This document shows, piece by piece, positions 35,090 to 49,300 of a stretch of 64,000 nt of DNA. The stretch covers positions 7,316,001 through 7,380,000 of the forward strand of contig JBHGNT010000006.1 of NCBI GenBank assembly GCA_043228905.1. Reading direction: 5' to 3'. The notes under the pieces are model-generated. The model saw only the letters and a list, made by a program, of their open reading frames with translations. It made no database searches and was not told the DNA's origin. The stretch comes from Azolla caroliniana (taxonomy: Eukaryota; Plantae; Polypodiophyta). Each line of letters opens with the position of its first letter. The stretch's first letter is position 1. The position numbers and the translations under genes are program-made.

Positions 35090-38000
35090 CGGCATGGGAT
35101 GTCTTTCCAGTCCGACCCTCTTCCGGCATGCTTCCAGCTTGTCGGGTGTGAGCACCTTGGTCAGCATATCCGACCCGTTCTCGTCCGTGTGGATCTTCGT
35201 CAGCACGAACTCCTGGTCCTCTATCCTTTCCCGGATCCAGTGATATCTTCGCTGGATGTGCTTCGTCCGGGAGTGATAGGCCGCGTTCTTCGCAAGGTGG
35301 ATGGCACTCTGACTGTCGCAGTAGAGTCGGTACTCCTCCTACCGGATACCGAGCTCTCTAATGAAGTCCTTCATCCATATTATTTCCTTGCCGGCTTCAA
35401 CAGCCGCCATGTACTCCGCCTCCGTGGTTGACAACGCAACCGTCTTCTGCAGCCTCGACTGCCACGAAACAGCTCCCCCTGCATACGTCATCACATACCC
35501 TGATGTGGACCGGCTGGTATCTGCATCAGCCGACATATCCGAATCGGTAAAGCCGTCGAGTTCGGGCTTACCGGAGCCGAATCGGAGGCACACGTTTGCC
35601 GTGCCCTTCAGGTATCGGAGTATCCACTTGACCGCGTTCCAGTGTTCTTTGCCGGGATTGCTCATGTACCGGCTCACCACTCCGACTGCATATCCTATGT
35701 CCGGTCTTGTACACACCATTGCGTACATCAAGCTTCCGACGGCAGAGGCATATGGTACTTTCATCATGTCCTCCTTCTCAGCCTTTGTCTTGGGGCTTTG
35801 CTTGCTGGACAACTTGCAGTTTCCCGGGAGGGTTGACCCGACCGGTCTTGCTTCCGACATGTTGAACCGGTGAAGCACCTTTGTCACGTACTTCTCCTGT
35901 GACAGCCACAACTGCTTCTTCTTCCGGTCCCGGATGATGTGCATCCCTAGTATTTGCCTCGCCGGACCCAGGTCCTTCATTGAGAAGGTTCGGTGAAGCG
36001 CTTTCTTCAGCATCCGTATCTTGCCCTGGTCCCGTCCGACGATCAACATGTCGTCCACGTACAGGAGGAGTATTAAAAAGTCTCCTCCTTCGAACTTCTT
36101 CACAAACACGCAGTGATCGGACTGCGTTTTGTGGTACCCTTTGTCTGTCATGAAGGAGTCGAACTTCCGGTACCATTGTCGGGGAGCCTGCTTCAGTCCG
36201 TAAAGGCTCTTCTTCAACCGGCATACCAGGTGCTCCTTCCCTTTCTTCTCGAATCCTTCCGGTTGCTGCATGTAGATCTCTTCTTCGAGGTCACCGTGAA
36301 GGAATGCCGTCTTCACGTCCATCTGTTCTACCTCGAGTTCCATGCTTGCCGCTATGCTCAGCACCGTCCGGATGGAGGTCATCTTCACTACCGGGGCAAA
36401 TATCTCGTCGAAGTCGACGCCCTTCTTCTGCTGGAACCCCTTCACTACGATCCTGGCTTTGTATCTCGGGGGGTTTCCGGCATCTCCCGGTTTCAGCTTG
36501 AACACCCACTTGTTTCGAAGTGCCCGCTTACCTTTCGGCAACTCCACAAGTTCATATGTGTGGTTCTCATGCAGGGAATCCATCTCCTCCTGCATGGCAC
36601 TTAACCACCTGCGGCTATGGTTGTCAAGCTTTGCTTCTTCCAAACTCTCCGGCTCCCCCTCGTCGGTTAGCAGCACGTGCTCTGGTTCCGGAAATCTCCG
36701 GGGGGCCCTTCTCTCTCTTAGAGGATATCTCCGTTCCGGAGCTTCGGTAACCGGCTCCTCCGTTTCCTCTTCATCCGAATCCATTTCGGGATCGGGGCCG
36801 GTTCCGGTATCAGTTTCATCTTCCTCGGCCGGTTCTGTTTCTTCACCGTCTTCGGCCGGATCCTCGAGTGCTAACCGGTCCCTTGCCGGTCGGGACTGCT
36901 CTTCGTAGAGTTGATCCTCACCGGTCGACTTGGAGCTCTTCATCTTCTTCTCCGACTCCCAGTCGGCGAGTGTCTTGTCCTCCATGAAGATGATATCTCG
37001 ACTCCTCAATATCTTCTTGTCGACCGGGTCCCATACTCGGTAGCCGAACTCGTCGTCGCCGTAACCGAGGAATATGCATGGCCGGGTCTTTGGATCTAAC
37101 TTTCCTCTCCGGTCCTTTGCCACATGCACGTATGCGAGACACCCGAACACCTTCAGATGCCGGTAGGACACTTCCTTACCGGTCCACACTTTCTGCGGCG
37201 TGTCTCCGTCCAAAGGTACTGAGGGTGATCTATTTATCACATACGTCGTCGTCGACATTGCCTCAGCCCAAAACCCCTTGGGTAATTTCGCATGCGCCAG
37301 CATACTCCGGACCCTCTCCATTATGGTCCGGTTCATCCTCTCGGCCAGCCCGTTCAGTTCCGGCGTCTTCGGCACAGTAAACTCGAGCCGGATTCCCTTC
37401 AAGCAACAGTACTCCTGGAACTGCCCCCGGTATTCCCCTCCGTTATCCGCTCGTATCGCTTTCAGCTTCTTGCCGGATTCCCTTTCCACTCTCGCGTGGA
37501 GTTCTTTGAAGATGCACAACACTTGGTCCTTTGTCTTCAACGGTGCCGTCCACAGCTTCCGGCTGTGGTCATCAATGAATGTCACAAAGTACTGGGCTCC
37601 GCCATGTGACTTCGTTTCTACTTGACACACGTCAGTGTGCACCAACTCCAATGGTGCGCTACGTCTCGTCGGTGGCCTTGAGTGGAAGGAGGTTCGGTTC
37701 TGCTTACCGGCCAGGCAATCGGTGCACTTCTCCAGGTGCACATGCTTCACTGGAATAAGGTTGTCTTCTGCAAGCCTCTTCATCCCCTTCTCACTCATGT
37801 GGCACAGTCTCTTGTGCCATAGCTCACCGGCAGCGTCGGCTGCCACGTTCAACTCCTCCGGACACAACCAGGCATTCATAAGGTACAGTGTGTTGACTTT
37901 CCGGGCTCGAGCCACTATCAGGCTCCCGTTGCTGAACTTCATTACGCCGTTCCGGATGCTACCCGTGTAGCCTTCATCGTCTAGCCTCCCGGCCGAAATC

Positions 38001-39841
38001 AGGTTCAATCGAACCTCCGGAACGTGTCGGACATCCTTCAACAGCATCTTGCATCCGGTTGATGTCATCAGCCACACGTCTCCTATGCCGGCAATCCGGC
38101 ATGTACCTTCATTTCCCATCCGGACACAGCCGTGCTCACCGGCTGTGTAGGATGAGAAGTATTTCTTCTCCGGGGTCAGGTGGAACGACGCTCCGGAATC
38201 GACCACCCAGGTCATCTCTTCACCGGCAAGGTTCAGCTCCCTCTCTTCGGTAATGAGCATTATCTCTTCTTCACTTGCCGCGAGTGTCGTCGTTCCTTTC
38301 CGGTCCTGCCCTCGCCGATCCGGACCTCTCCGGTCCGTGGCTCCCCGGTATGCACCGTTTCGCTCCGGTGACTTCTTCGAATCGGTACCGTCGGTTCCGT
38401 TGTCTTTCCGGAAATGCCGACAGTTCTTCTGGAAGTGCCCCGGCTTCCCACAGTAGAAGCATGTAAGTCTTCCCCTCGACTGCGACCGTGTCCCCGACTT
38501 CTCCCGTCTTTGCGGACTCCGGTTCCGTTGTCTTCCTCGTTCCGATTCGGTAAGCAACGCCTTCGAGTCGGAGGCCGGTTCTTTATCTCTCCGACGCGCT
38601 TCTTCATTTAGAATACTTGTCTTTACCGTTAGTAAAGACAAGTTCTCTTCCTTACAGGAGGTGCTGAGCGTAACTACCAAGTTCTCCCAGCTCTCCGGAA
38701 GGGTACACATCAGCATGATGGCTTGCATTGCGTCATCCAACGGGAACTTGATCGCCGCAAGCTGGTTCACAAATCCCATGAACGTGCTGACGTGTTCGAC
38801 CATGCTCTCGCCGTCCCGGTACTTAAGATTCACTATCTTCCTCATCAGGGAGGTCCGGGTCAGAGCATTCTTCCTCTCATACAGTCCGGACAGCTTCTGC
38901 CACATCTCATAGGCGTTCGTATCGTTCGCCACATGTTTTTTTCCATAAAAAATATGCTCCATTGGTATTAAAATTAACAATGCCAAAGGCAATCTACAAA
39001 TTGTACATAATAGTTTCCACTCCATAAGTATATATCGTAAAAACAGGGACCAAATAAAGATGGCATTTGTTATGGCCTCTAAAAAACATCATGTTGCAGC
39101 CAACGTTGGCTGAATGTGATTCCACATATACTGAAGCTCTTTAGTATACCCATATTCAACCTATAAACAAATTCCTGGTTGTCCAATAGCTGTTCCCGTT
39201 CCTTGGCCTTTAATTTTCCTTTGTGAATGTCCTTTTGTACCACTTAGGTAATACAAAACTGCTCTCTCCAATCAAGCCATTGAGGTAATCTGCTACTTCT
39301 TGGCCGTAGTCTTCTTCAAGCTGAAACTCAGAACAACCATACATTGATTAGACCATAATCTCATCACAACCATGCTTCATTTAACCCACATTAGTCATGT
39401 CTCCGATTAACGTCATTGCCCAAAAACCCCAAAAATCTGTGATAAGAATAAAATCCGTCTAAAAATTCCTCACCCACTCGTGATGATTGGCTTCGACCCT
39501 CCCCACCATCTTCACTCATCCTCACCACAAATATTTCTTCCTTTAGTCGACATCAGCCATCTCACCGATTAACCTGGTTCCAATGTCCACGCATATCCTG
39601 TATAATCAACAAAAACATGTTGCAGGACACTTACATCGACATATTGCCGGATCGTCGCTACGGCTTTCCGGTTCAGGAGCTTCCACTCCGACTCTATTAC
39701 CCCCTTGGGTATCTCGGCATTGTCGATCGGTTCGTACAGGTCTCGGACGATGAGAAGGTCTTCCATCTTTATCTTCCAGTCGGCGTAGTTCTGTGAGTTC
39801 AACACCATCATGCCCGGAGGCCCACTACCGCCGCCTTCCAT
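35090..39841 (-). pseudogene. Copia gag-pol polyprotein (gag CCHC, PR DSGAS, IN, RT YVDD, RH), broken by a 677-bp insert in gag and a stop in RNase H at 35339
   Basis: ORF 39569-39895 (..SVLQHV) continues as ANDTNAYEMWQKL in ORF 35339-39025. Confidence 0.9.
38938..39614 (-). mobile_element. Unclassified 677-bp insertion with 7-bp TSD ACATGTT and short A-tail (probably retroposed)
   Basis: ACATGTT at 38931-38937 and 39615-39621; removal restores the gag frame LQHVAND. Confidence 0.7.
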
Positions 39842-41043
39842 TTTCTGTGTTAACCGTGCTCTGATACCACTTTGTTGAAAACAGTGCTCGGCCACAACCG
39901 AGGAATAGGATCAACTCTCAGAAAACGGGAAATACAAAATGCACGAAGACAATAGAGAGAAGAGTACACGGGATGTTTTACGTGGAAAACCCTAAATGGG
40001 AAAAAACCACGGGAGTCCTCAAACTCCAACTATCACTATAAACAGAGATGTACAATGGTGAAGCTACAAGGCAACAACCTTGAGCTCACTGTCTTCGCCA
40101 CAGGCGGCGGTAATACACAGAGGCAACGACCTCTTCGTCTCTCTCTCTCTGTCTCTCTCTTCTCTCTCTCGGCTGCTCACTTAGCTCCCTCTAAGTGGAA
40201 AACAGAAAAATGAGCAACAACATAAAACTGTTTGCCCTAAGTCATATTTATACACATATGACTTTCGGGCTATTTACAAATATAGCCTCAAGGGCCCTTG
40301 GCAAACATATTCACAAATATGTCCTCGCATCCGGATCTCTCTCCGGGTACATTCGTCATCCGGCTCCGTAGCCGGGGTCTTCATCATCCGGCTCCGTAGC
40401 CGGGGTCTTCATCATCCGGCTCCGTAGCCGGGTCTTCATCATCCGGCTCCGTAGCCGGGGTCTTCATTCCCGATTCCCGGACATCCGACCATCCCATCCG
40501 GAGGGACCGTAATCCCAACACTTTGTGGAGTTTCCTTACAATAATTTTGTTCATTCTCCACCAAATATACTCCATTAATCTTTGCCAACACAAAATGTCA
40601 TCCCAGTTGGATGATGTTTGAACGTAATGAAATCTCGAAAAATCTTGTGGTGGAAGATCACCTACATCTTCAACTCCAAGAGCTTCGCACTGCTCTTTCT
40701 CGCCATTACATGATGCTCAAGCCATACATAAGAAATTTACTCATCACCAAAGTGGCCAAAGTTTCAAGATGGGGATCATGTATGACTCTTACAAAGTAAC
40801 ATAAAACCCACCCAACCTTATAACAACTAGGATGATCAACATCTTGGTCCATATGTTATCACTAATACGATCAATGAATTTATATTTGGCTTTGATCTCC
40901 CTCGTCATATGGGTCTTCATCCAATGTATATATTACTTTTGGAATTTTATACTTCAGGCTCTATTCCAAACTGTATGGTTCCTTCACAACATCCTATTGA
41001 GCTTGGTCATGGTCGAAAATACGAAGTGAAACTGTTGTGAACT

Positions 41044-41369
41044 CATAGTTGTTAAAAAACGTGTATTCTACATTTAGAATACGTTTTAGAACTGATGTTT
41101 TTCAAATTTTCACGTATTCTACGTATTTACTAAGTATTTATAATTTCAAAAAAGTTTACAATTTTTAAGGAAATTTAAAAAAAAATTTGAAAAAAAAACT
41201 TTGAATTTTAAGAAGTATTTAACGTATTTTACAAGTGTATCTACACGTATTCTAAGTATTTAACGTATTTTATCTATAAAATATGTATTCTAAGGTTTGT
41301 ATTTTTAAAGTTGGAATACTTGTAGAATACTTAGCATACGTACTATATGCTAAGTATTCTATTACAATG
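41044..41369. mobile_element. Possible MITE-like AT-rich insertion with subterminal hairpin
   Basis: Interrupts the chromodomain remnant; many CGTATT/GTATTCTA motifs; hairpin TAGAATACTTAGCATA..TATGCTAAGTATTCTA; TIR and TSD poor. Confidence 0.4.
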
Positions 41370-44300
41370 TTTAGACTCTAAGATTGTGCATAACAAATTA
41401 CATTATTTTGTTGATTGGTTAGGTTATAACAATTGAATTTGAGAGCTAGTTGAGAATCTTGTTAATGCTACAAAAATTGTAGCCAAATTTCATCATTGAT
41501 ATCCCGATAAAAGTCATAGATCATGCATTACGACTTGTGGAACTTGTTGCCAATGAAAGGAGATTGTTTATAGAATTGCAAATATATAATACTATAAATT
41601 ATAGTTATCATGAGAAGGTTATAAGGGGACTTAAACCCATTATTTTTATTATATATGTTAAATATTTATCAATAGGTTATCGCTTTATGTATATTATTTA
41701 TTACAATATAAACAATTCAAAGATAATTTTGATAATGTACACAATATAAACAATTCAAAGATCATTTTGATAATGTACACAATATAACGAGATGTCAACA
41801 TATCTGAATAGTTTATTCAGGATGACCAAATGGCATGCCTACATGAATGCCAAGTGCAATCAAGCATGGATGCGAGGTGACAGGAATGTGTGGTTCCAAA
41901 CATGCTATATAAGTAGGTGCTTTAGCCCTAACAAGTATAGAGTCATTACCCTCGAGGTGGTGTTATTAGAGCATCTTAGGCATGAGTAAAAATCAAGGTG
42001 CTAACTTTGAGTAGCATCCATTTGGTTCTCCTCAAAACATCAATAAAGAGTCTCTCTTGACTTGATTTATTCTCTTCCATTATGTGGTATGGAGGGTAAT
42101 GAACCAGTATGTTGTGGATTGTTTTGACCTAAAAACTAGCTTGGACAATGGTTCTTTGAGATAGATAGATTTTATTATTGTTTTTGGAGGTTAAATATGA
42201 CCTATTGCAAAACCCTTCTAATGCCCTCATAAGCTTTTGTGCATTTCTTGAAGTATTTGCAAAAAGTACCACATCATCTACATATAACAAATGCATAATG
42301 ACTACATTCCCAATGACAACTTCTTTAATGCCTTCTTCGTTTATAAAATTGCAATCGTTTGTTCCACTTCATCAATACATAGACCAAATAGAGTTAGTGA
42401 GAGTGTGCATTCTTGCTTAACACCAATGGTGTTATTGAAAAATTTCGAATTTTCACAAGGTACAATATCAAAAGCTTTCTTGAACTCTATGAAGCAACAA
42501 TATAAACCCTTACTTCTCAAGCGACTTTTTTCCATTAATACTCAAAGCGTGACAATGTGATCGATGGTACTATGGTGTTTTTGAAAGCCAACTTGTCCAT
42601 AAGCTCTCTTACCATTTTTTTAAGCCAATGCACTTAATTCTAATTCTATCGTGCATCCAAATAGTTTTGCTATTAGCGAGTTGACTATGATAGTCCGATA
42701 ACTGTTACATCTCTTCCTTTTGTCATGGATACATAAACATCATGGCTTCACTTGAGCTTCGAACCCAAAACCTTGTAATACATAATCAAGAACCTAACCA
42801 TTAAGATAACCTATGATCATATGAGATGATAAAAGCTACTTCTTGTAATACATTGATTATTGTAAAGACTCTGGAACATTCTAGAATATCCTAGAACATC
42901 TTAGAATATTCTAGATCTAGAACATTATAGAAATCTCTAGACTATTCCATAGGAACCTATAAATATAGACATACAATTCTTCTCAAACCAAATTCGAATC
43001 AACACCAGTCTTAAGCTCTCATCGCCTATCTTGTATCCATTCTCATTCTAGCTTAATACATTCATTCTTCTCATATCACTTCATTCCTCTCTTCTTGTGA
43101 TCTCTTTACATCTTTCTTCTCCCACTCTATCTTTTCTCTTGGTTCTGACAGTTTGATTCAAATTCTCTCTCTCTCTCTTTCCTTTATCCTCCTCTATAAA
43201 CATCACGAAACCATGACCATCATCAACTTTGACGAATATCTCAACCCCCTTGTTGCAGAAATGGAGAATCTTAAATCCAAGTTCGCATCTCTTGAATTAG
43301 AGAATCAACTTCTTCTTGGAGATCTACAAAAGGTTACTGTGAAGAAGCAACAACAACACCAAGAGGAGTTTACGTGACGAGTGCAACAATTAGAATCGAC
43401 AATCATAATTTTACAACAACAAAGGGTTGAAGGTCAAGGAATTATCAAGGAGCCCAAAATCAGCCTCCCATCTATTTGATGTTTCGAGGGCGCATTTCCG
43501 AGGTTTCTTGAATCAAGTGCGGTTGGTAATTCAAATGCATCCCACGCATTATCCGACAAACGCATCACAAGTCGGGTTAGTGGGCACCTTATTGACTAGC
43601 ATAACATTGTCATGGTTTGCTCCATAACTAGAGACAAATTCTCATCTACTGCATAATTTCGAGGAGTTTATCAAAGAATTTAAGGCTTGCTTTGGAGATA
43701 CAAATGGAGCAAGAACAACAATCAACAAGATTCGTACACTACATGAAGGTGATCAACCAACATTGACATATGCAGCCAATTTCTATCTCATCACAAGCGA
43801 TATTCCTTGGGATGAACAAGCCCTAATGGAGCAATTTTGTTCTGGTCTTCGTAATGATATGAATGACTTACTTCTTACCTTCCCCGAGGATCCAAAATCA
43901 CTTACAGAAGCTACTAGTCGAGCAATACGGTGTGATAATTGTCTTTTTGAGCATCGATGTGAGTGACAACAACAAATAATAAAATCAAGGTTCACACCAA
44001 CTTATGCATCAGTAACGGCGCAATCATCTCCAAGGCAAACATATAGCCCTACTCCAACTCCAAGGCAAACACGTAGTCCGACCCCAATGGATAAGCATGT
44101 ACACCCATGGAGATTGATATGACCCAATGACGAGGACCATTGTCGGACGAAGAGAAGCAATGACGCCGAGCAAACCGTTTATGCTTATATTGTGGAGGTC
44201 TAGGACATATAGCCATTCATTGCTCCCGTAGGCCGAGACGTCAGGTAAATCAAATTCACTATGACAATAAAAATGAGTCCAACATTTTAGACGCACTCAG

Positions 44301-46345
44301 TGGTTCTAATATTATGAATAATCCATCCTTGTCCAATAAGTTTGAAGTCCTAAGCCAATTAGAAGAGGAGTTAAACGAATAAGTCCGGCCAAAATAGGAG
44401 CCATTTGCTTGGACAACCCTAGATATCTACAACCTAGTGTAGGTTCCATTTCATCCAAGCATGTTAGTAGAGTCTTCTCAACCCAAGTACAAGTTAGGAC
44501 ATCGAGTTGTCAACTTTAGGTCCAAGCCCTCTTAGATACTAGAGCCAATTCTTGTTTCATGGATAGAGATTTTGCCCTTCCTTGCATACCCTTCCTTGCC
44601 TAGTTTCCGTAGTAGTGATTGATGGACATCCCATAGCTTCCAAGAAGATATTTGAAGAGTTTGAACCAATACACATACTCTTAGGTGATTTTGGATGTGT
44701 AGTTTCGTTCAACATAATCCATAGCTCCGAGCATCCAATTGTCCTTGATTTGCCATGGTTCGAGCTACATTACCCAAGAATCGATTGGAGGAGCCGAGAA
44801 ATTTGGTGCCCTTCAGCAGAAAACATCATTGCTAAAGATCGAACCCAGGACTATTCCCTTAAATAATATAGTTCTACCAGTGCACCATCTCCTTTTCATA
44901 AAATCCCAACCAACACATTGCAACAATTGTCCTAGATGGGAGGAAAGGAGGAACTTTTCTTATTTGTAATATCAGTGACACCTTCTAATGCCACTCAAGG
45001 GAATTCAGACATCCAAATTCCCGAAAAATATCAAGAATAAGCTGATGTTTTCGACAAAGTCAAAGCTAGTGTACTTCCAAAGCATCAGTCGTATGACTAT
45101 CCCATTGACCTCCAACCAGGAAAAGAGCTACCATGGGGTCCGATCTACAATCTATCACCAATTGAGCTTGAGATTCTTCGAGAATACATCGAGGAGAATC
45201 TTTCACATGGTTTTATTCGACAATTAAAGTCTCCAGCCAATGCTCCTATATTTTTTGTGAAGAAAAAGGACGGTTCACTTCGTTTGGTCGTGGACTATCA
45301 GGGATTAAATAAAGTCACCATAAGAAATAAGTATGCTCTACCTTTAATCTCCAATCTTTTAGAGCGCATTGGTGGGGCAAAGCATTTTACAAAGATTGAT
45401 TTAAGGGGTGCATATAAACTTGTTTGCATTCGACCAGGAGATGAGTGGAAAACTGCATTTCGCACTCGATATGGTTATTTCAAGTATATAGTCATGCCTT
45501 TCGGGCTCACAAATGCACCCACAGTTTTCCAACATATGGCAAATTTGACATTTTCCAAGATTTTTTAGATATCTTTCTCATCATCTATTTAGATGATTTG
45601 TTGATTTACTCTAAAACACATGAGGAGCATGATATACATGTCTAGAAAGTACTTGAACGCTTAAGAAAGTATGGTCTGTATGCCAAACTTGAGAAGTGCA
45701 GTTTTGACAACGAACAAGTTGAATTCTTGGGTTATACTATTTCATCCAAGGGTATCTTCATGGATCTAGCAAAACTCAAAACAATATTGGAATGGCAACC
45801 CCCACGTTCTGTTCGAGACGTCCAATGTTTCCTTGGATTTGCTAACTTCCATCGCAAATTCATATGGAATTATTCAAAGAATGTGCTACCTCTCACCCAA
45901 CTCATCAAAAAATTTAAGCGTTTGTTTGGACTATTGAAGCAGACACAACCTTTACCCAACTCAAAGAGGCATTCACATCAGCTCCTATCTTAGCGCATAT
46001 TGATCCTAAAAAGCCATTTACCATTGAGGCGGATGCGCCAGACTTTGCATTGGGGAGTATCCTATCACAACCATGCAAGGACAGGCAGCCCCATCCAATC
46101 GCGGTTCACTCAAGAAAATTTACTACTGCGGAGATCAACTATGAGGTGCATGACAAGGAGTTACTAGTTGTGGTCGACTCTTTCGAGATGGCGATATTTC
46201 TTGGAAGGATCGCCACATCAAATAATCATTTATAGTGATCACAAAAATCTTACGTATTTTCAAACGACTCGAGTGTTAAATAGGAGACAAGCTCGGTGGG
46301 CACAATTTCTAACTCGTTTTGATTTCAAGATCATTTTCCGCCCAG

Positions 46346-49300
46346 TGTCGTGAAGATTTTCGTCCATAGGCGGAAACCGGGGTGTAAAGGGCAAGTCGGT
46401 GGTGTGCAACATGTGCACACGTATACTAGGAAATGGTGTATAGAAATAAGAGGGGAAATTTTATCCCACATTGTAACGTCCCTCCCTCCTTGGGCTATAA
46501 AAGGAAGGGAGGGGTCACTTATGAAGGGTTGCCTATTTTGCGTATGAAAGGCATACCACTTAGTCTAGAGTTCTTACCGTTTTAGGGTTAGGGTTTCGTT
46601 ATTCATCCTCGGTTAGGGTTTTCTCATGGTTTTTGGTGCGGCCCACGCGGCCACCATTGTTGTAATTGTTCGTTCGTTCGTTTTAATATATCTTGTTGAG
46701 TATCTTACCTCCGCCGATCTCTCCTTCTATGTGGTGATCTTATTCTTTCTTCTTCTCCTCTTGAGCTAAGCTTCCAAACATATCTTATTCTTTCTCCTCT
46801 ACTCCCTAGTCCAAGTCCCCCGTGGTCCCGCCCCTTCTACACGCATGCGCGTAACAACACGACATCTTTGGTGAACCCGACGTGAAGGGCGGCAAGGGGG
46901 CATGGAGATGGAAGAAGACTTCGACTTCGAGGAGGTGATGGCAAAGATCGTGATGGAAGCCGGACGGAAGATGGCGAAGCGAGATGCGGCTCAACAAGCC
47001 GTCGAAAGGGTGGTCGATCGAGTCGGCCGGTTCAATGGGAATGAGGTCCTAAAAATTTTGGGAGCCTACAAGGCCGAGATGGCGAAAGGGGGCGGCAAGG
47101 CGGCAAGGCGGGCAACCAAGACAACGACAAGCGTAATCGAGGCTTGCGCGATTGGAGGCGGGGTAGCCGCGGATAACGACGTTCGGACGGAGGCGGCTAC
47201 GGAGACAACGAGCGGCGTGTTAGGAAACAAGTCCGGCCTCGGCCAAAACCGGATGTGGACTACTCGGCTGCGGAAGACCCGGTGAGAACCAGATGACGAG
47301 TACCTGGCAAGAGCCGGATGGTGAAGACCCGGTGAGAACCGGATATGGAGCACCCAACAACGGAAGACTCGGTGGGAACCGGATGACGTGTGCCCGGCAA
47401 GTGCCGGATGATGCAGGCCCGGTGAGGAGTGCTCACCGGATGAAGGGACATATTCGTAAATATGTTTTCTGAGAGTCCATCGAGGCTATATTTGTAAATA
47501 GCTAAAAAGTCATATTAGTATAAATATGACTTAGGGCAAACTTAGTATATGTGTTGTTGTCATTCTTGTTGGCGCTAGATTAGAGTGCGCGCAATTGTGT
47601 ACAGATGGAGTGAGAGAGAGAGAGAGAGGAAGAGGTCGTTGCCTTTGTTGTAACCACCGCCTATGGCGAAGATAGAAAGCTCGAGGTTGTTGCTTCGGTG
47701 CTTTACCATTTTGTACATTCTGACATAGTGATAGTTTGCAGTCTGTGAGCTACTGTGGTTTTTCCCTTGTTTGGGTTTTCCACGTTAACATCCTGTGTTC
47801 TCTTCTCTCCATTGTGTTGTGCATTCAGTATTCGTTTTTCTGTGTTTCGATTTTAGACTTGGTTGTGGCCGAGTGTGGTGCAAAGGGGAGTGAGCATTCC
47901 TGTCATGGCGGTGCCGCGACCTTACACACACCGGTCCTAAAGGCTCCGGCGGTCAGCCCGAGTGCCGGCGTGAGACCTAGAGCGACGAGCGGTGGCGGCA
48001 GCAAGGCGGGAAACCGAGATGACGACATGGAAGAGACGGTGGCAAGCGTAATCGAGGCTTGCGCGATTGGAGGCGGGGTAACCGCGGATAACAACGTTCG
48101 GATGGAGGCGGCTACGGAGACAACGAGCGGCGATGCCGCGACCTTACACACACCGGTCCTAGAGGCTCCGACGGTCGGCCCGAGTGCCAGCGTGAGATCT
48201 AGAGCGACGGGCAGTGGCGGCGGCAAGGCGAGCAACCGAGACGACGACATGGAAGAGACGACGGCAAGCGTAATCGAGGCTTGCGCGATTGGAGGCGGGG
48301 TAGCCGCGGATAATGACATTTGGACGGAGGCGGCTACGGAGACAACGAGCGGCGGTGCCGCGGCCTTACACACACCGGTCCTAGAGGCTCCGGCGGTCGG
48401 CCCGAGTGCCGGTGTGAGACCTAGAGCAACGGGCGGCAAGGCGGCAAGGCGGGCAACCGAGACGAGGACGAGGAGGTAGCAAGCATAACTGAGGCTTGCG
48501 TAACCATAGACGAGATAGCCACGAACCACGGCGTCCGAACGAAGGTGGCTACAAACATGACATCAGCGAGTGATGGTACCGAGATTTTTCCCACACCTAT
48601 TCTAGAGACTTCGGCGGTCGGTCCCGAGAGCCCACGTGAACCTGGAGAGATGGAAGGTGGCGACGGCAAAGCGGATGATCGAAACGACGACGAGGAAGGT
48701 CATAGCGGACAGAGGAGAGACCCCTCGACACCGAGACCGGAGACTACGATGGTTGCGCCCGAGTGCAGACATAAGACCGGAGAGATGGACGGTGGCTGTG
48801 AGAAGGCGTGGCGCGGAGCGGGCACATACGAAGAGGATGCGAGGCCCGGAACGGGCATACCGAAAGGTACCGAAGGAGAGGCCGGGAGCAGCAAAGAGGA
48901 GAGAGTCGGGAACCGACCCGACCGAAAGATGAACCGGTCGATAATCCGACACGACTGGAAGACAACGCGGAAGAAGATTGGAGCAGGGTCCGGTCAACCA
49001 GACCCGAACCGAAGAAGAGCCGGCAAGGCCGGATTTGTTCGGACAAACATGTACCGGACGGTTAAGATTACGGAAGGGAGCCGACCAAACCGGAACTCAA
49101 TCGGCCGAGACCGATCCGGGCGAAGGCTAAGTCGGCATGATTGGAGGTCGAGGCGAACGAGCCACAACACCTGGTGGGAGCCGGTGAGCGCGAGAAGGAG
49201 GCCAAGCATGCACGAGGAGTACGACTCGGTAGGAGGCCAAGAGCGAGAGGAGCCCTCCACATCTACCCTTGAGACTTTGGCGGTTGCAGATCGACGTAAG

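Larger units (their letters stand above)
34426..40520 (-). mobile_element. Young full-length Ty1/copia retrotransposon
   Basis: 648-bp LTRs 34426-35073 and 39873-40520 (I see only 2 differences), 5-bp TSD CTTTG, tRNA-iMet PBS TGGTATCAGAGC (39858-39869), PPT next to 35074. Confidence 0.97.
34195..41520 (+). pseudogene. Decayed Tcn1-like integrase/chromodomain remnant (34195-34425, 40521-41040, 41370-41520) interrupted by the copia element and an AT-rich insert
   Basis: HGLPHDIINDRG, GQIERTNQILEQY, EFPYNN and LDSKIVHNKLHYFVDWLGY match pol 92-3664. Confidence 0.7.
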
